Below, piece by piece: positions 1 to 9,196 of a stretch of 64,000 nt of DNA. The DNA lies in assembly GCA_040374085.1 (NCBI GenBank), contig JBEIVB010000002.1:9621-73620 (forward strand), given 5' to 3'. Both the position numbers and the translations under genes were made by a program. The notes under the pieces are model-generated. The model searched no databases, was not told the DNA's origin, and worked only from the letters and a program-made list of their open reading frames with translations. Within the stretch, counting starts at the first letter, position 1. Each line of letters opens with the position of its first letter. The stretch comes from Flavobacteriales bacterium. GTDB lineage: Bacteria; Bacteroidota; Bacteroidia; UBA4408.

Positions 1-1387
1 CTGCATTTCCATCGCTTTTTAAAACAACAAGACCTTCGTTGGTACCCAGCCAAAAACGATTTCGGTTGTCTATGGCCAAGCAGTTGATCAAATCTTGATG
101 CAGGCGCCAATGTTGAATTAATGCACCTGATTTGCCATCGTATACAGCCAATCCACTTTGAAAGAACCCGGCCACCACATTGCCATTCGTGGTAAGCGCC
201 AGGGCTGTAACCTGTGACTTTGGGAAATCTTGAGGCTGCTCGAGTTTCGCAGTAAGTTGATTGGAATTGTCTGAAAACCGAAGAACCCCTTGATTCGTAC
301 CAAACCACATACTTTCCTTGTCGTCACCCAGAAGGCAATTAACCACCTCAGTGCCTGGGGTTGAACGCAATGAGAAGTGGGTGACCAATTTGCCCCTGAA
401 CGAGCAAATACCTCGATCCAGCATACCCATCCAAAGATTGCCTTCAGCATCTTCGGCAAAATCCCAAATTTTTGAGCCCGGCAGGCCATTGGCCGCATTC
501 ATACGGGTAATGCCGCCGGAAGAATCGATGCTGCAAATGCCTTCTCCCCAAAAACTCACCCACAACGTTCCATTTTTATCAAAGAAAAGTTTATTCGCAA
601 AAGAACCCGGCATTCCGTGTTCCTGATCGAGGAAAACAACTTTTCCGGTTTTCATGTTTAAACGACCCACCCCATGGTCTTGTGTGCTCAACCATAGGTT
701 TCCTTTAGGGTCGGGAGCAAGGCCGGTATAGGTATAAATGGGAAAACCATCGGGTTGGTAAAACTCGATGTCGCCTTTGGGTAAAATTCTTTTTATCCCA
801 ACGTCCGTAATCAACCACCACGTTCCCGAAGGGTCAAGCCAGGATTGAATGATGTTTTCTTGAAGACCATTGGAAGAATTCCAATACCTTTTTAACCGAG
901 GGGATGACCTAGTAATGTCAAGCAATATCAAGCCACCTGCTTCGGTGGATATTGCCAATTCTTTGCTTTTGGTTTCAAACAGGTGGTTTATTCTACCCAC
1001 ACCTTTGCTTTCCATAAGGGAAACTGCATAGAAGCGGCTGTTCTGCAGGTATCCAAGTTTGCCGGATTCAAATCCGATCCACAAACGATTCTTGCTGTCA
1101 AAAAGCAATTGGGTGATGTTGGTTTCCGGCAGTCCATCGCGCGTTGAGATGGTTTTAAAACGGGTTCCATCGAAGGTCGCAATGCCCCCTTCTGTGCCCA
1201 ACCAAAGCATGCCCTGTTGGTCAACCGCTATGGTACGGACGGTACTCTGAACCAATCCGTCTTGAACAGAAAAATTCCGAAAAAAGTAGGTTTGGCACCT
1301 TACGTATGTTGGAAGGAGTGCGAAACCAAGGGCAAACAGAAAGGTGCCCAGGTAGGAAATTATACCCGATGATGATCGCCTTTCCAA
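1..1387 (-). CDS. Two-component-regulator propeller-domain sensor protein, N-terminal part. The gene continues past the window start. The start codon is uncertain; a TTG at 1385-1387 is proposed.
   Basis: Minus-strand frame reads ...LPTYVRCQTYFFRNFSVQDGLVQSTVRTIAVDQQGMLWLGTEGGIATFDG...LWIGFESG...NMKTGKVVFLDQEHGMPGSF... with repeated Reg_prop-like LW(I/L)GT motifs. The frame is open through 1..1387 and is not in the ORF track because it is edge-truncated. The N-terminus is hydrophobic (signal peptide or anchor). No in-frame ATG exists; TTG (LERRSSSG...) is the only plausible start. Confidence 0.7.
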   Translation of the reverse strand, partial: MERRSSSGIISYLGTFLFALGFALLPTYVRCQTYFFRNFSVQDGLVQSTVRTIAVDQQGMLWLGTEGGIATFDGTRFKTISTRDGLPETNITQLLFDSKNRLWIGFESGKLGYLQNSRFYAVSLMESKGVGRINHLFETKSKELAISTEAGGLILLDITRSSPRLKRYWNSSNGLQENIIQSWLDPSGTWWLITDVGIKRILPKGDIEFYQPDGFPIYTYTGLAPDPKGNLWLSTQDHGVGRLNMKTGKVVFLDQEHGMPGSFANKLFFDKNGTLWVSFWGEGICSIDSSGGITRMNAANGLPGSKIWDFAEDAEGNLWMGMLDRGICSFRGKLVTHFSLRSTPGTEVVNCLLGDDKESMWFGTNQGVLRFSDNSNQLTAKLEQPQDFPKSQVTALALTTNGNVVAGFFQSGLAVYDGKSGALIQHWRLHQDLINCLAIDNRNRFWLGTNEGLVVLKSDGNA

Positions 1388-1794
1388 GTCCGGATGAGCT
1401 TTTTTATTTCTTCCGAGCGCAAATCCTCGCGCTCTGCACGCTCCACCAATTCAACGAACTCATCGTCCGATGCAAAACGCAATGCAATGATTTGAGAGAG
1501 GCGCAGTTTCTTTGGAAGCAACTTGCCTTTCAGTACAAAAAACCGGAGGTTCTCCTCAGCGCGTATGGCTCTGTCTTGAACTTTAATGGAAAAAATGCGC
1601 GTAAACCAGGCAAGCCATAAAAGGCAAATGGAGTATCCAAACAAAGTGAGCGCTGAAATCCAGTCGCCTTTTATCATGATGACTCGAATCAAATTCGCTA
1701 TGGTTATCAATAGAATAAGTAGGACGGCGGGTACCCACCCAAAAAAAAAGTCTTTGGGAACTCGTTTGTGGTTGTGATAGTGTTGTTGTTTCAT
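1360..1794 (-). CDS. Small 2-TM membrane protein (hypothetical) located between the ECF sigma factor and the propeller sensor. It could be a non-canonical anti-sigma or signalling adaptor.
   Basis: 144-aa ORF with two clear hydrophobic helices (FGWVPAVLLILLITIANLIRVI and WISALTLFGYSICLLWLAWF) followed by a charged C-terminal tail. Its 3' end overlaps the proposed sensor start by 28 nt. Confidence 0.5.
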   Translation of the reverse strand: MKQQHYHNHKRVPKDFFFGWVPAVLLILLITIANLIRVIMIKGDWISALTLFGYSICLLWLAWFTRIFSIKVQDRAIRAEENLRFFVLKGKLLPKKLRLSQIIALRFASDDEFVELVERAEREDLRSEEIKKLIRTWKGDHHRV

Positions 1795-1989
1795 AGTTAA
1801 TTGGCGCCTCTAAACTAATGTTATGGGAAACAATAGACAAATATCGAAGAACGTTAAAAATTGCCTATAAAACGAATATGAGGTGGCAGCGTTTTCCGAA
1901 TGGAACTTGAGTTGTGTCAAACACGTAATGCCTAGGAAATCTAAACCAATGTTTTGATTTGCTTAAGATAGGGTTGGCGTAAGGCAAAA

Positions 1990-2598
1990 TCACGATTGAC
2001 CCAACTCTGCATAGTGCTCTTTAAGGGCCTCTCGCAGTGCCACCACCGCATACCGTTTTCTCGAAATGAGGGTGGCCACTTTTTCTCCGGTCTGTTCGGC
2101 AATCCATTTGAATGACCGCCCTTCCAGCTCATGCCAAACAAAAACGTTGCGCTGATCTGTGGGAAGGCTTTCGAGGGTTTGATCGATGGTTTTCCGAATA
2201 TTTTTTTGGCTTATGGCATCTTCAGCTTGGAGTGCCCCTGCAGGAATCAGCTCCTCGTAACCTCTACCGCTTCCTTCCTCTGAGTCAGATTCGGTCGGAA
2301 AAACGTCCTCCAGTAACTGCGTCTTACGCTTACGGAACAAATCGGTGATTTTGTTACGGGCTACTCGAAACAACCACGATGTAATGGAGTTTAGTTCCTC
2401 AACCACGTTGGCATGCTCGGAAAGTGAAAAGAACACGTCGTGCAGAATGTCCTCAGCATCGTGCTCAGATGGAACCCTCCTTCGTATAAAATCAAATAAC
2501 CTGCGCTTTTCTTGTGAATAGGCATCGGATATGATCCGGTGGTGCAAAGGAAGTGCTATGGCTTTAGCATGTGACACGGCATACAGGGTTTTATGCAT
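1990..2598 (-). CDS. RNA polymerase ECF-type sigma-70 factor
   Basis: 202 aa. Region-2-like DILHDVFFSL...WLFRVARNKITDLFRKR and region-4 HTH ...VFVWHELEGRSFKWIAEQTGEKVATLISRKRYA. Confidence 0.85.
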   Translation of the reverse strand: MHKTLYAVSHAKAIALPLHHRIISDAYSQEKRRLFDFIRRRVPSEHDAEDILHDVFFSLSEHANVVEELNSITSWLFRVARNKITDLFRKRKTQLLEDVFPTESDSEEGSGRGYEELIPAGALQAEDAISQKNIRKTIDQTLESLPTDQRNVFVWHELEGRSFKWIAEQTGEKVATLISRKRYAVVALREALKEHYAELGQS

Positions 2599-2841
2599 AG
2601 ACGGTTTGAATCGGGTAAATGTTTTGTGAAAAAAAGTAAAGATTCAAATCAATGACCTAACAAAGGTCGAAATTTCTGACTTCCCTTTTCAGGCAGGCCC
2701 TGGTTTTTCGGCTTTGAAAGCCTCCTTATCCGTCATTTTCGCGTCAAATCACGTGCGCTTGATCCCTAAACTGGAGATAAGTGCCTGATTTTAAGCAAGA
2801 AAAAAAAATCCAGAGAGGGTTGCGGTTGTGGTCAGACTCCT

Positions 2842-2849
2842 TACTTTTG
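2842..2849 (+). promoter_or_regulatory. Bacteroidetes-type -7 box (TACTTTTG, consensus TAnnTTTG) upstream of tRNA-Gln; a TTG lies about 19 nt upstream.
   Basis: Motif ends 17 nt before the tRNA 5' end. Confidence 0.4.
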
Positions 2850-2865
2850 GCCTCACAAAAATAAT

Positions 2866-2936
2866 TGCCCGATCGTCTAACGGCAGGACCTCAGATTTTG
2901 GTTCTGATTATGGTGGTTCGAATCCATCTCGGGCAA
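2866..2936 (+). tRNA. tRNA-Gln (anticodon UUG)
   Basis: Cloverleaf folded by hand. Acceptor stem TGCCCGA/TCGGGCA with a U1:A72 pair, as in Gln tRNAs. D-stem GTCT/GGAC. Anticodon stem TCAGA/TCTGA with loop TTTTGGT (anticodon TTG). T-stem GGTGG/CCATC with T-loop TTCGAAT. CCA is not encoded. Confidence 0.85.
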
Positions 2937-2943
2937 CGCAAAA

Positions 2944-2967
2944 GCCCCGCCAAGTGCGGGGTTTTTT
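2944..2967 (+). terminator. Rho-independent terminator after tRNA-Gln
   Basis: GCCCCGC-caagt-GCGGGGT hairpin followed by TTTTTT. Confidence 0.7.
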
Positions 2968-2985
2968 GGTTTATGAACACGTACC

Positions 2986-3570
2986 ATGTCTACACATTCA
3001 ATCGATCAAGAAGATTTTGAGGGTCTAATTCCGGAAGAATCGGCAGAAGAGGCTCAACAAAAGCGACTGCAACTGCTCCACAAAGCCCTCTCGTTGGAGG
3101 GGTCACCTGTAACCGGGGCGGTTTTGAATGAGTTGCGTTCCCATGCCACAAGCGAAACTTGGCGCCTCGCGCTCGAACGTTGGAGGAGGGAACCCGATCT
3201 AGACCTTGAATCGGTTGATGCCATTCTCGATCTTGGACGTTCTTTTCGCTTTGAAGGTGGCTTGACCTGCATTCTTGAGGCAGCCTCAGATCCTGCCCTG
3301 AAACCTTTTCAGGTAGAGTTGATCAGCATCATTTGGGAGGCTGGATATGAGGTTGGGGATAAAACTCTTGAGCTTTGCCGTTTGGCCGATGGTGCTTCCG
3401 ATGAAACATTGGTAGAGTTGATGGCGGTATTGGACAACCTCTCTCCTTTGCCCAGCGAAACGGCTTTGCACCATAGCATTCAATACCTGAATGGAGCGCG
3501 GCAAAAGAGTACCCAGGAATCTACCAAGGCCTTGCTGGATTCATTGGCACAAATCCTTCGCCAATATTGA
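2986..3570 (+). CDS. Hypothetical acidic, predicted all-alpha protein (194 aa), no recognisable motif
   Basis: Clean ORF starting 19 nt after the tRNA terminator. It lies on the same strand as, and directly upstream of, panD. Confidence 0.5.
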   Translation: MSTHSIDQEDFEGLIPEESAEEAQQKRLQLLHKALSLEGSPVTGAVLNELRSHATSETWRLALERWRREPDLDLESVDAILDLGRSFRFEGGLTCILEAASDPALKPFQVELISIIWEAGYEVGDKTLELCRLADGASDETLVELMAVLDNLSPLPSETALHHSIQYLNGARQKSTQESTKALLDSLAQILRQY

Positions 3571-3610
3571 ACTTCGAAATAACCCTACATTTGAACCTCC
3601 AAAGGATAAC

Positions 3611-3961
3611 ATGGAAATTCAGGTCCTGAAATCAAAAATTCACCGCGCAACCATTACGGAGGCCAACATCGATTACATCGGCAGCATCACAATTGATGAA
3701 GATTTGATGGACGCCGCCAATTTAATTGAGAATGAGCAGGTACATGTGTTCAACTACTCCAATGGAGTTCGTTTGATTACCTATGTCATCAAAGGAGCAA
3801 GGGGTTCGGGCGTGATGTGCATCAACGGTCCAGCCGCACTGCAGATTTCACAAGGCGATCAGGTTATTGTGGTTTCGTATGCGCAAATGGCGTTCGACAC
3901 TGCAAAGTCCTTTAAACCTTGGGTTATTTTCCCCGTTTCCGGCAATCGACTTCCTGGTTGA
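3611..3961 (+). CDS. panD: Aspartate 1-decarboxylase
   Basis: [76 protein letters not shown]... gives a PanD signature including the GS self-cleavage site. The ORF-track start at 3491 is an upstream extension. Confidence 0.9.
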   Translation: MEIQVLKSKIHRATITEANIDYIGSITIDEDLMDAANLIENEQVHVFNYSNGVRLITYVIKGARGSGVMCINGPAALQISQGDQVIVVSYAQMAFDTAKSFKPWVIFPVSGNRLPG

Positions 3962-4903
3962 TCAACGCAATAGTTTCCTCGCTTGCAATTCTTTTATTAT
4001 TTCAGGGTTATACCAATTAACCCCGGCGCTGTTTAGGTGGTGGCTGTCGTAAAACGACTTTTGGGAATTCAGGGTGTGGTTAAATGCGAAGTTTATGTAT
4101 GGAACCCCCTCGCGCTGGCACACAGAATCCAATGCAATTCCGCAACGCTCAGAGGGCCTGCGATCTGATTCCAAGGGAAGGGGATGCGTGGTAACCACCA
4201 CTCGAAATCCATTTTCTTTCAAGCACTTCAACAATTTCGTTAAGTACTCAAGTGATTCCTTTGAGGGTTTGTAGGCTGGAAGCGGTTTTGTTAAGAGGTT
4301 GAACATGCTGTCCGGCATCTCTTTCGGATTCTCGCAGTATCCCCCTGGCCTGTAGGACGAATCTCGAAACATAACCGGTCGGGATTTATTCAAAAATCGC
4401 AGCATCAATGCGTTGAACAGACGAGCATCGGGTTTTTCCTTGACCAAATCAACCGCCAAACCGTCGTCTTTTACATTCGGAATCAGGAAAAAAGTCGACT
4501 CTAGGCTGTTTTCGGCAAGGGTGCCGTAGTAGGTCTCAATCAGCACAAGGGGCTTGTGGGTTAATTTCTGTGCCAAGAACCGAGCAAGTACATAGGAATC
4601 TTGGATGGTTTGATTGCTGCTGCCCAGATTGAATGCCTTAACACCCATGTGGCTGAAGATTCGGGAATCGTACCCCCGATAAGCATGCGAGGATCCCAAA
4701 AATATTACATCATACGCACTATCTGGCTTAAACTCCGAGAAACGCTGATGTACATCGCCACCTTTCACCACAGATCCGTCTAAAACCGAATACAACAATG
4801 GATATTTACCCCACTGAATTTGTAGAAGAAGCCAAAGAGTACACACGTAAAAAATGGCTGCCGTAAGGACCACCAAAAAGAAACGGGACAAAAAGGTTTT
4901 CAT
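3962..4903 (-). CDS. SGNH-fold DltD/AlgJ/PatB-like protein, partner of the adjacent MBOAT acyltransferase
   Basis: 313 aa with an N-terminal TM anchor. FLGSSHAYRGYD block and a C-terminal YDSHHLNSAG (D-x-H-H) motif typical of AlgJ/AlgX/DltD-type O-acyltransferases. Start lies 2 nt after the MBOAT stop. Confidence 0.65.
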   Translation of the reverse strand: MKTFLSRFFLVVLTAAIFYVCTLWLLLQIQWGKYPLLYSVLDGSVVKGGDVHQRFSEFKPDSAYDVIFLGSSHAYRGYDSRIFSHMGVKAFNLGSSNQTIQDSYVLARFLAQKLTHKPLVLIETYYGTLAENSLESTFFLIPNVKDDGLAVDLVKEKPDARLFNALMLRFLNKSRPVMFRDSSYRPGGYCENPKEMPDSMFNLLTKPLPAYKPSKESLEYLTKLLKCLKENGFRVVVTTHPLPLESDRRPSERCGIALDSVCQREGVPYINFAFNHTLNSQKSFYDSHHLNSAGVNWYNPEIIKELQARKLLR

Positions 4904-4905
4904 GG

Positions 4906-6351
4906 TTAGAATTGAAAGTAGATAAATTGCGTTTCTCCGAAAAAGCCAAATACCAATATCGAAGAAAGCAGGGCGCCATACAAGAGGGTTTGCTGTACCG
5001 AGTTCAGCTTTTTCCTTCCTTGAAGATGGTCGTGCACAAACTGTTCACTAAAAAAGAACAAGGCCAAAATCATAACAATTACCAGTGCTTTGATTGCGCC
5101 AAAGGCATTGAGTTCATCTCGAAACAATTGTATTTGCAACATGGAGGTAGTGGCAATTTTTTTGATGATGGTAAGGGCATTTGATAGGGTTAATGCGCGA
5201 AAGAAAATAAACGCAAAAGCCACCTGAGCGAAGGTTTGCATTCTCAAGATGTTGCGTGCTATTCGTCCATCGCGTTTAACCGGAAGAAGCCTCAAAGCGT
5301 GCACTTTGTAGCGATCCCGTATGGCACCAACAATCAAGAAAATGCCATGCAATGCGCCCCAAATCACAAAGTTCCAGCTTGCCCCATGCCACAAGCCGCT
5401 GATCATGAATACCAAAAATAGATTGAGGTACCACTTTGAGGTAGAAACCCGATTGCCACCAAGAGGGATATACACATAATCGCGGAACCAGGTGGACAAG
5501 GAAATGTGCCATTTGGACCAGAAAGTGGAGATGCTGCCCGCATTAAATGGCATGTTGAAATTGGTCATGAGGTGAAACCCCATTACCTGAGCCGAACCCA
5601 AAGCAATGTCTGAGTACCCAGAAAAGTCGCAGTAAATTTGAAAGCAAAAGCATACAGCGGCCAACAACAACATCCATCCGGAATGATCGTCGGGTGAATC
5701 GAAACAAAAGTTCACGATGCGCGCGAGATTGTCTGCAACAACCATTTTTTTAAAGAAGCCCCAAACCATTTTTTTTAGACCCTCTGCCGCCATCTGGTTG
5801 TTCCAAAATTTCTGCTCTCTAAATTGATGCAGAACGTTTTGGGGACGCTCAATCGGGCCGGCCACAAGCTGAGGGTAAAACATTACATAAAGCGCATAGC
5901 GTCCGAAATGCTTTTCCGGTTCTTGATTTCCCCGATAAACCTCAATGGTATAGCTCATAGCCTGAAAGGTGTGGAACGAGAGCCCAATGGGAAGCAAAAT
6001 GGATAGAAAGGGAATGGGATTCGAATACCCGCCCAAATTCAAAAGTGCACCGATGTTTTCGTTTATGAAGTTATAATATTTAAATATTGCAAGCACCCCA
6101 ACATTTGCTACAATACTTACCACCAGAGCCGCTTTTCGTTTTTTGCCTTCGCATTTGTCTATCCACAAACCCGCAAAATAATCTACCACAATGGTGCCTG
6201 CTAGAATAACTATGTAAATGGGCACAAAGGCCATGTAGAAATAGCAGCTCGCCAGCAGAAGCCAGGCCCAGCGCCATGCGTGGGGCAACAAAAAATATAC
6301 CAGTGTTACCAGCGGAAAGAACAGTGTAAAGGAGAGTGAGTTGAACAGCAT
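4906..6351 (-). CDS. MBOAT family membrane-bound O-acyltransferase (AlgI/DltB/PatA-like)
   Basis: 481 aa, polytopic. N-terminus MLFNSLSFTLFF... plus the conserved ...FWSKWHISLSTWFRDYVYIPLGGNR... histidine block. Confidence 0.85.
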   Translation of the reverse strand: MLFNSLSFTLFFPLVTLVYFLLPHAWRWAWLLLASCYFYMAFVPIYIVILAGTIVVDYFAGLWIDKCEGKKRKAALVVSIVANVGVLAIFKYYNFINENIGALLNLGGYSNPIPFLSILLPIGLSFHTFQAMSYTIEVYRGNQEPEKHFGRYALYVMFYPQLVAGPIERPQNVLHQFREQKFWNNQMAAEGLKKMVWGFFKKMVVADNLARIVNFCFDSPDDHSGWMLLLAAVCFCFQIYCDFSGYSDIALGSAQVMGFHLMTNFNMPFNAGSISTFWSKWHISLSTWFRDYVYIPLGGNRVSTSKWYLNLFLVFMISGLWHGASWNFVIWGALHGIFLIVGAIRDRYKVHALRLLPVKRDGRIARNILRMQTFAQVAFAFIFFRALTLSNALTIIKKIATTSMLQIQLFRDELNAFGAIKALVIVMILALFFFSEQFVHDHLQGRKKLNSVQQTLLYGALLSSILVFGFFGETQFIYFQF

Positions 6352-6363
6352 TTTATGAATGGT

Positions 6364-7614
6364 TTAATCGCCGAATCGGTAAAGGAAAGAGGCTCTTGTT
6401 TGCAATCCACTCATGGCATAGGGACCAATGCCATTCATAGGAAGTTGTAGAATCCATTGCATTGCTAACTTTTCCCAATGATGAATCCAACCTACACGCA
6501 CGCCAAAGCCGCCTTGGCCGCCGCCTCCCATAGACGCTTCCAATTGGTGCCGCCTAATGGAGTATCCAACTCCTGCCTGAATCCATGGTAAATTTTGATA
6601 GCCAATGCGTTGTCGCACCTCTGAAAAAATTCCCCATCTGCCTCCCGCAAGTTTCTTCTCCAGAGAGACCGACCAAAGAAAGGGAAGCATGATGTTATTT
6701 TTTGCTTCTCCGTCTGCCTTCGATACCTGCCAAATGGAATCGGTACTCCATTGTGGACGATTGTTGAGTAGGGTAGAAGCATCGAGCGAAAATCCTTTAA
6801 ACTGAACGGCTGTATCCCAACGCTCACGATTCACCTTTCTCCAATTAACCCAACCTAAATCCTCCCAGTGAACGACTATTTTATAATTCGAAGGAGTTTC
6901 CCACTTGAGGTTCCCGGAAAAAGATAATCCGTTGCCGTTTACACCGAAGAACGCTCTATTGCGATCCCTTAGGTACTTCTGCTCTCCGGAGAGAGCAATG
7001 CCCAAGCCTGCCGACTGAGCTTCGGTAGTGAACCGAAGTTGTGAAAAGCCTATATCGGAATGGTTCAAACCCTGCACCCAGCCCAAGAAAACTTGCAACC
7101 AAAGGCGGTGATTGCGAATGGAGAAGTTTCGAGATGCGCAAATGGACCATGTCCTGTATGCTGTTGTGCGCAGATAAAACCCATCACCATTAACTGTTTT
7201 GTCTATAAAATTCTGGTTTCCCAAGAAAATCAACTCGAACAGATCTCTCCGAAAACTTCCGGAGAAGACAGACGCATTTCGAATTTCAAACCCAATTTGC
7301 ATATTGGCCGCATGCCAAGTAGAATCGAGCCTCCATCCTCCATAAATTTGTTCGCTGCTCTCCAGTGCGAATCTTGCTTTGGGTGACATCTGGGCGAGGG
7401 TTCCGGCAAGAAAGGAACTGTCGAGGACACCACGCTGATAAAAGCGGAAGGCTCTGTTGGCGCTAAGCCCCCAGCCTTCTGCGAGAAGATTGGCAGAAAT
7501 TGCCAGCTGGGTTTTGCAGGTTCGATCGGGCAATATGGGTGGCTGACCGAATCCGAAGGAAGAAACACAGACAGCAGAGAAGGTGCAGAGAAAACAAATC
7601 CACTTGGAAATCAT
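6364..7614 (-). CDS. Hypothetical envelope protein (Gly- and aromatic-rich, predicted beta-rich). A signal peptide is present if the start is the ATG at 7614.
   Basis: The ORF track gives 6364..7665. The internal ATG at 7614 yields a signal peptide MISKWICFLCTFSAVCVSSFG and leaves a 1-nt gap to the upstream gene's stop. Confidence 0.55.
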   Translation of the reverse strand: MISKWICFLCTFSAVCVSSFGFGQPPILPDRTCKTQLAISANLLAEGWGLSANRAFRFYQRGVLDSSFLAGTLAQMSPKARFALESSEQIYGGWRLDSTWHAANMQIGFEIRNASVFSGSFRRDLFELIFLGNQNFIDKTVNGDGFYLRTTAYRTWSICASRNFSIRNHRLWLQVFLGWVQGLNHSDIGFSQLRFTTEAQSAGLGIALSGEQKYLRDRNRAFFGVNGNGLSFSGNLKWETPSNYKIVVHWEDLGWVNWRKVNRERWDTAVQFKGFSLDASTLLNNRPQWSTDSIWQVSKADGEAKNNIMLPFLWSVSLEKKLAGGRWGIFSEVRQRIGYQNLPWIQAGVGYSIRRHQLEASMGGGGQGGFGVRVGWIHHWEKLAMQWILQLPMNGIGPYAMSGLQTRASFLYRFGD

Positions 7615-7615
7615 A

Positions 7616-9196
7616 CTATTTTGCCTCCAATTCCAATTTAACATCAGCCTGAAGGGATAGGTCAAGGTAGGCTCCTACATCAACCGTTCGGAAAGTGGGT
7701 GGTTGGGGAGTATGGAGTATACCCTCTACCGCCAGTTTTTTTCCGGCATAAAACCATTGCAACGTTTGCTCGGTGAGTGGAACACTGATGCGACCTTCGC
7801 TCGGATTTATTACACCTTCACCCCCCGCACCATCTCCGGCCGGAATGAGCAGGTTTTGAAACAATGGGCCAAGAGTTGATCCCATATCAGAGAGGGCAAT
7901 GCCGGTTAGATCCAAAGAAAAAGGAAAGCTGTTTTTATAGGTTAGGTACAGTATTCCTTTTAGCGGTTTGTTGCGGTTGCCCGGTTGAGGAGGATTGATG
8001 CTGAGCGTATCCACCACCTTTAGATTTTGAGCCGAAAAACGCAAGGGTAAAATGCCTCTTAAATTTACACGAGGTAAGTTGTTGGTGTGCACAAAGTCTT
8101 GGCCATTGGAAACGTTTCCGAGGGGATTTAGCTCAAACGTACTCGCATAACTCAAGCGATCAGGCATGCAATTGATAACCTGAAGGAGATTGCTGTTGAC
8201 TTGAGTAAAATGAAAACGTTTAAATTTTTGCTCAAAAGGATATTCTTGTGCCCTTGTTATTTGAATGGGTGCATCCACTATAGCATGTTGCAATGCTATC
8301 TGTTGACCGCTTTTGGTGTTGCTCGCTTTGAGGTTGGATAGCGTAACCTGAAAATCACTGCCCATTGGGTTGATCAATTCGAGGTAGAGTTGCGCATCGC
8401 TCCACTCAATTGATCCGGACTTGATGCCTGTAAACGCTTCAATTGCCGTTTCCTGGGTCTGCACAATGGTGGTTTGCCCAAAGTACCCCTTGGCGTAAAA
8501 GGGCACCATATTTTCAAAACTCATCTCAACCACCAGGCTATCTTGGGGAGTAACCAAAACAGGGCTTCCGTTGTTGGTGATGGTGGCCAATAAGTTAGCC
8601 CTGAGGGTGTTGCAACCGTTCAGGCCGGGTCCCCTAAGATCCAATTCATATCCTGCAAGGTCAACCGTGCCGCTTATGATGCCCTCTCCATTTACCGTTT
8701 GCCCGGGAACAGTGGCAGAAAGTTCAAACCCCGTTCCTCCTCTATTGGCTCCGGGCAATCCATAAACCACATCAATGGAATGGTCAATCTGGTTTCGAAT
8801 TCGGTACCGGAGGCGGCCTTTATCCAGCACAACCCGTGTCAGCCTGGCATCGCTTTTAAATACGATGTTTTCGCCTTGGTTTACCAGCTGGCTGCCCGGA
8901 TCAAGTGTAATGGATATAAATGGTATATTATAGTTCTTGGCTATGCTGGTATCCGGAATGCGAATCAGATCTGGAGAGCTGATGGTTTGAAGGGTCTGGT
9001 TGAGGGTGATGGCCAGACCACCGTTTCCGCCGCTTGCAATCAAGGTGTCGCCGAAAAGTTTCTGGAGCGTAATGTGCACATTTCCAACAGGCGCAGAAAG
9101 ACGCGGTTGCCATATCCACGATTCCTCTCGCTTACAACCCATGTGTACGATGGCCACTCCCATAAACGCCAAAAACAATAGCCTCTTAATAGCCAT
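7616..9196 (-). CDS. Hypothetical secreted protein or lipoprotein (526 aa)
   Basis: N-terminus MAIKRLLFLAFMGVAIVHMGC is signal-peptide-like with a Cys. No known domain recognised. First gene of a four-gene coupled operon. Confidence 0.55.
   Translation of the reverse strand: MAIKRLLFLAFMGVAIVHMGCKREESWIWQPRLSAPVGNVHITLQKLFGDTLIASGGNGGLAITLNQTLQTISSPDLIRIPDTSIAKNYNIPFISITLDPGSQLVNQGENIVFKSDARLTRVVLDKGRLRYRIRNQIDHSIDVVYGLPGANRGGTGFELSATVPGQTVNGEGIISGTVDLAGYELDLRGPGLNGCNTLRANLLATITNNGSPVLVTPQDSLVVEMSFENMVPFYAKGYFGQTTIVQTQETAIEAFTGIKSGSIEWSDAQLYLELINPMGSDFQVTLSNLKASNTKSGQQIALQHAIVDAPIQITRAQEYPFEQKFKRFHFTQVNSNLLQVINCMPDRLSYASTFELNPLGNVSNGQDFVHTNNLPRVNLRGILPLRFSAQNLKVVDTLSINPPQPGNRNKPLKGILYLTYKNSFPFSLDLTGIALSDMGSTLGPLFQNLLIPAGDGAGGEGVINPSEGRISVPLTEQTLQWFYAGKKLAVEGILHTPQPPTFRTVDVGAYLDLSLQADVKLELEAK

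Noticed and set aside
118-1250. Several short ORFs (118-498 minus, 318-626 plus, 988-1224 minus, 1059-1250 plus) at the window start
   Set aside because: All are out of frame with, or antisense to, the long edge-truncated Reg_prop sensor frame, whose translation shows the repeated propeller motifs.
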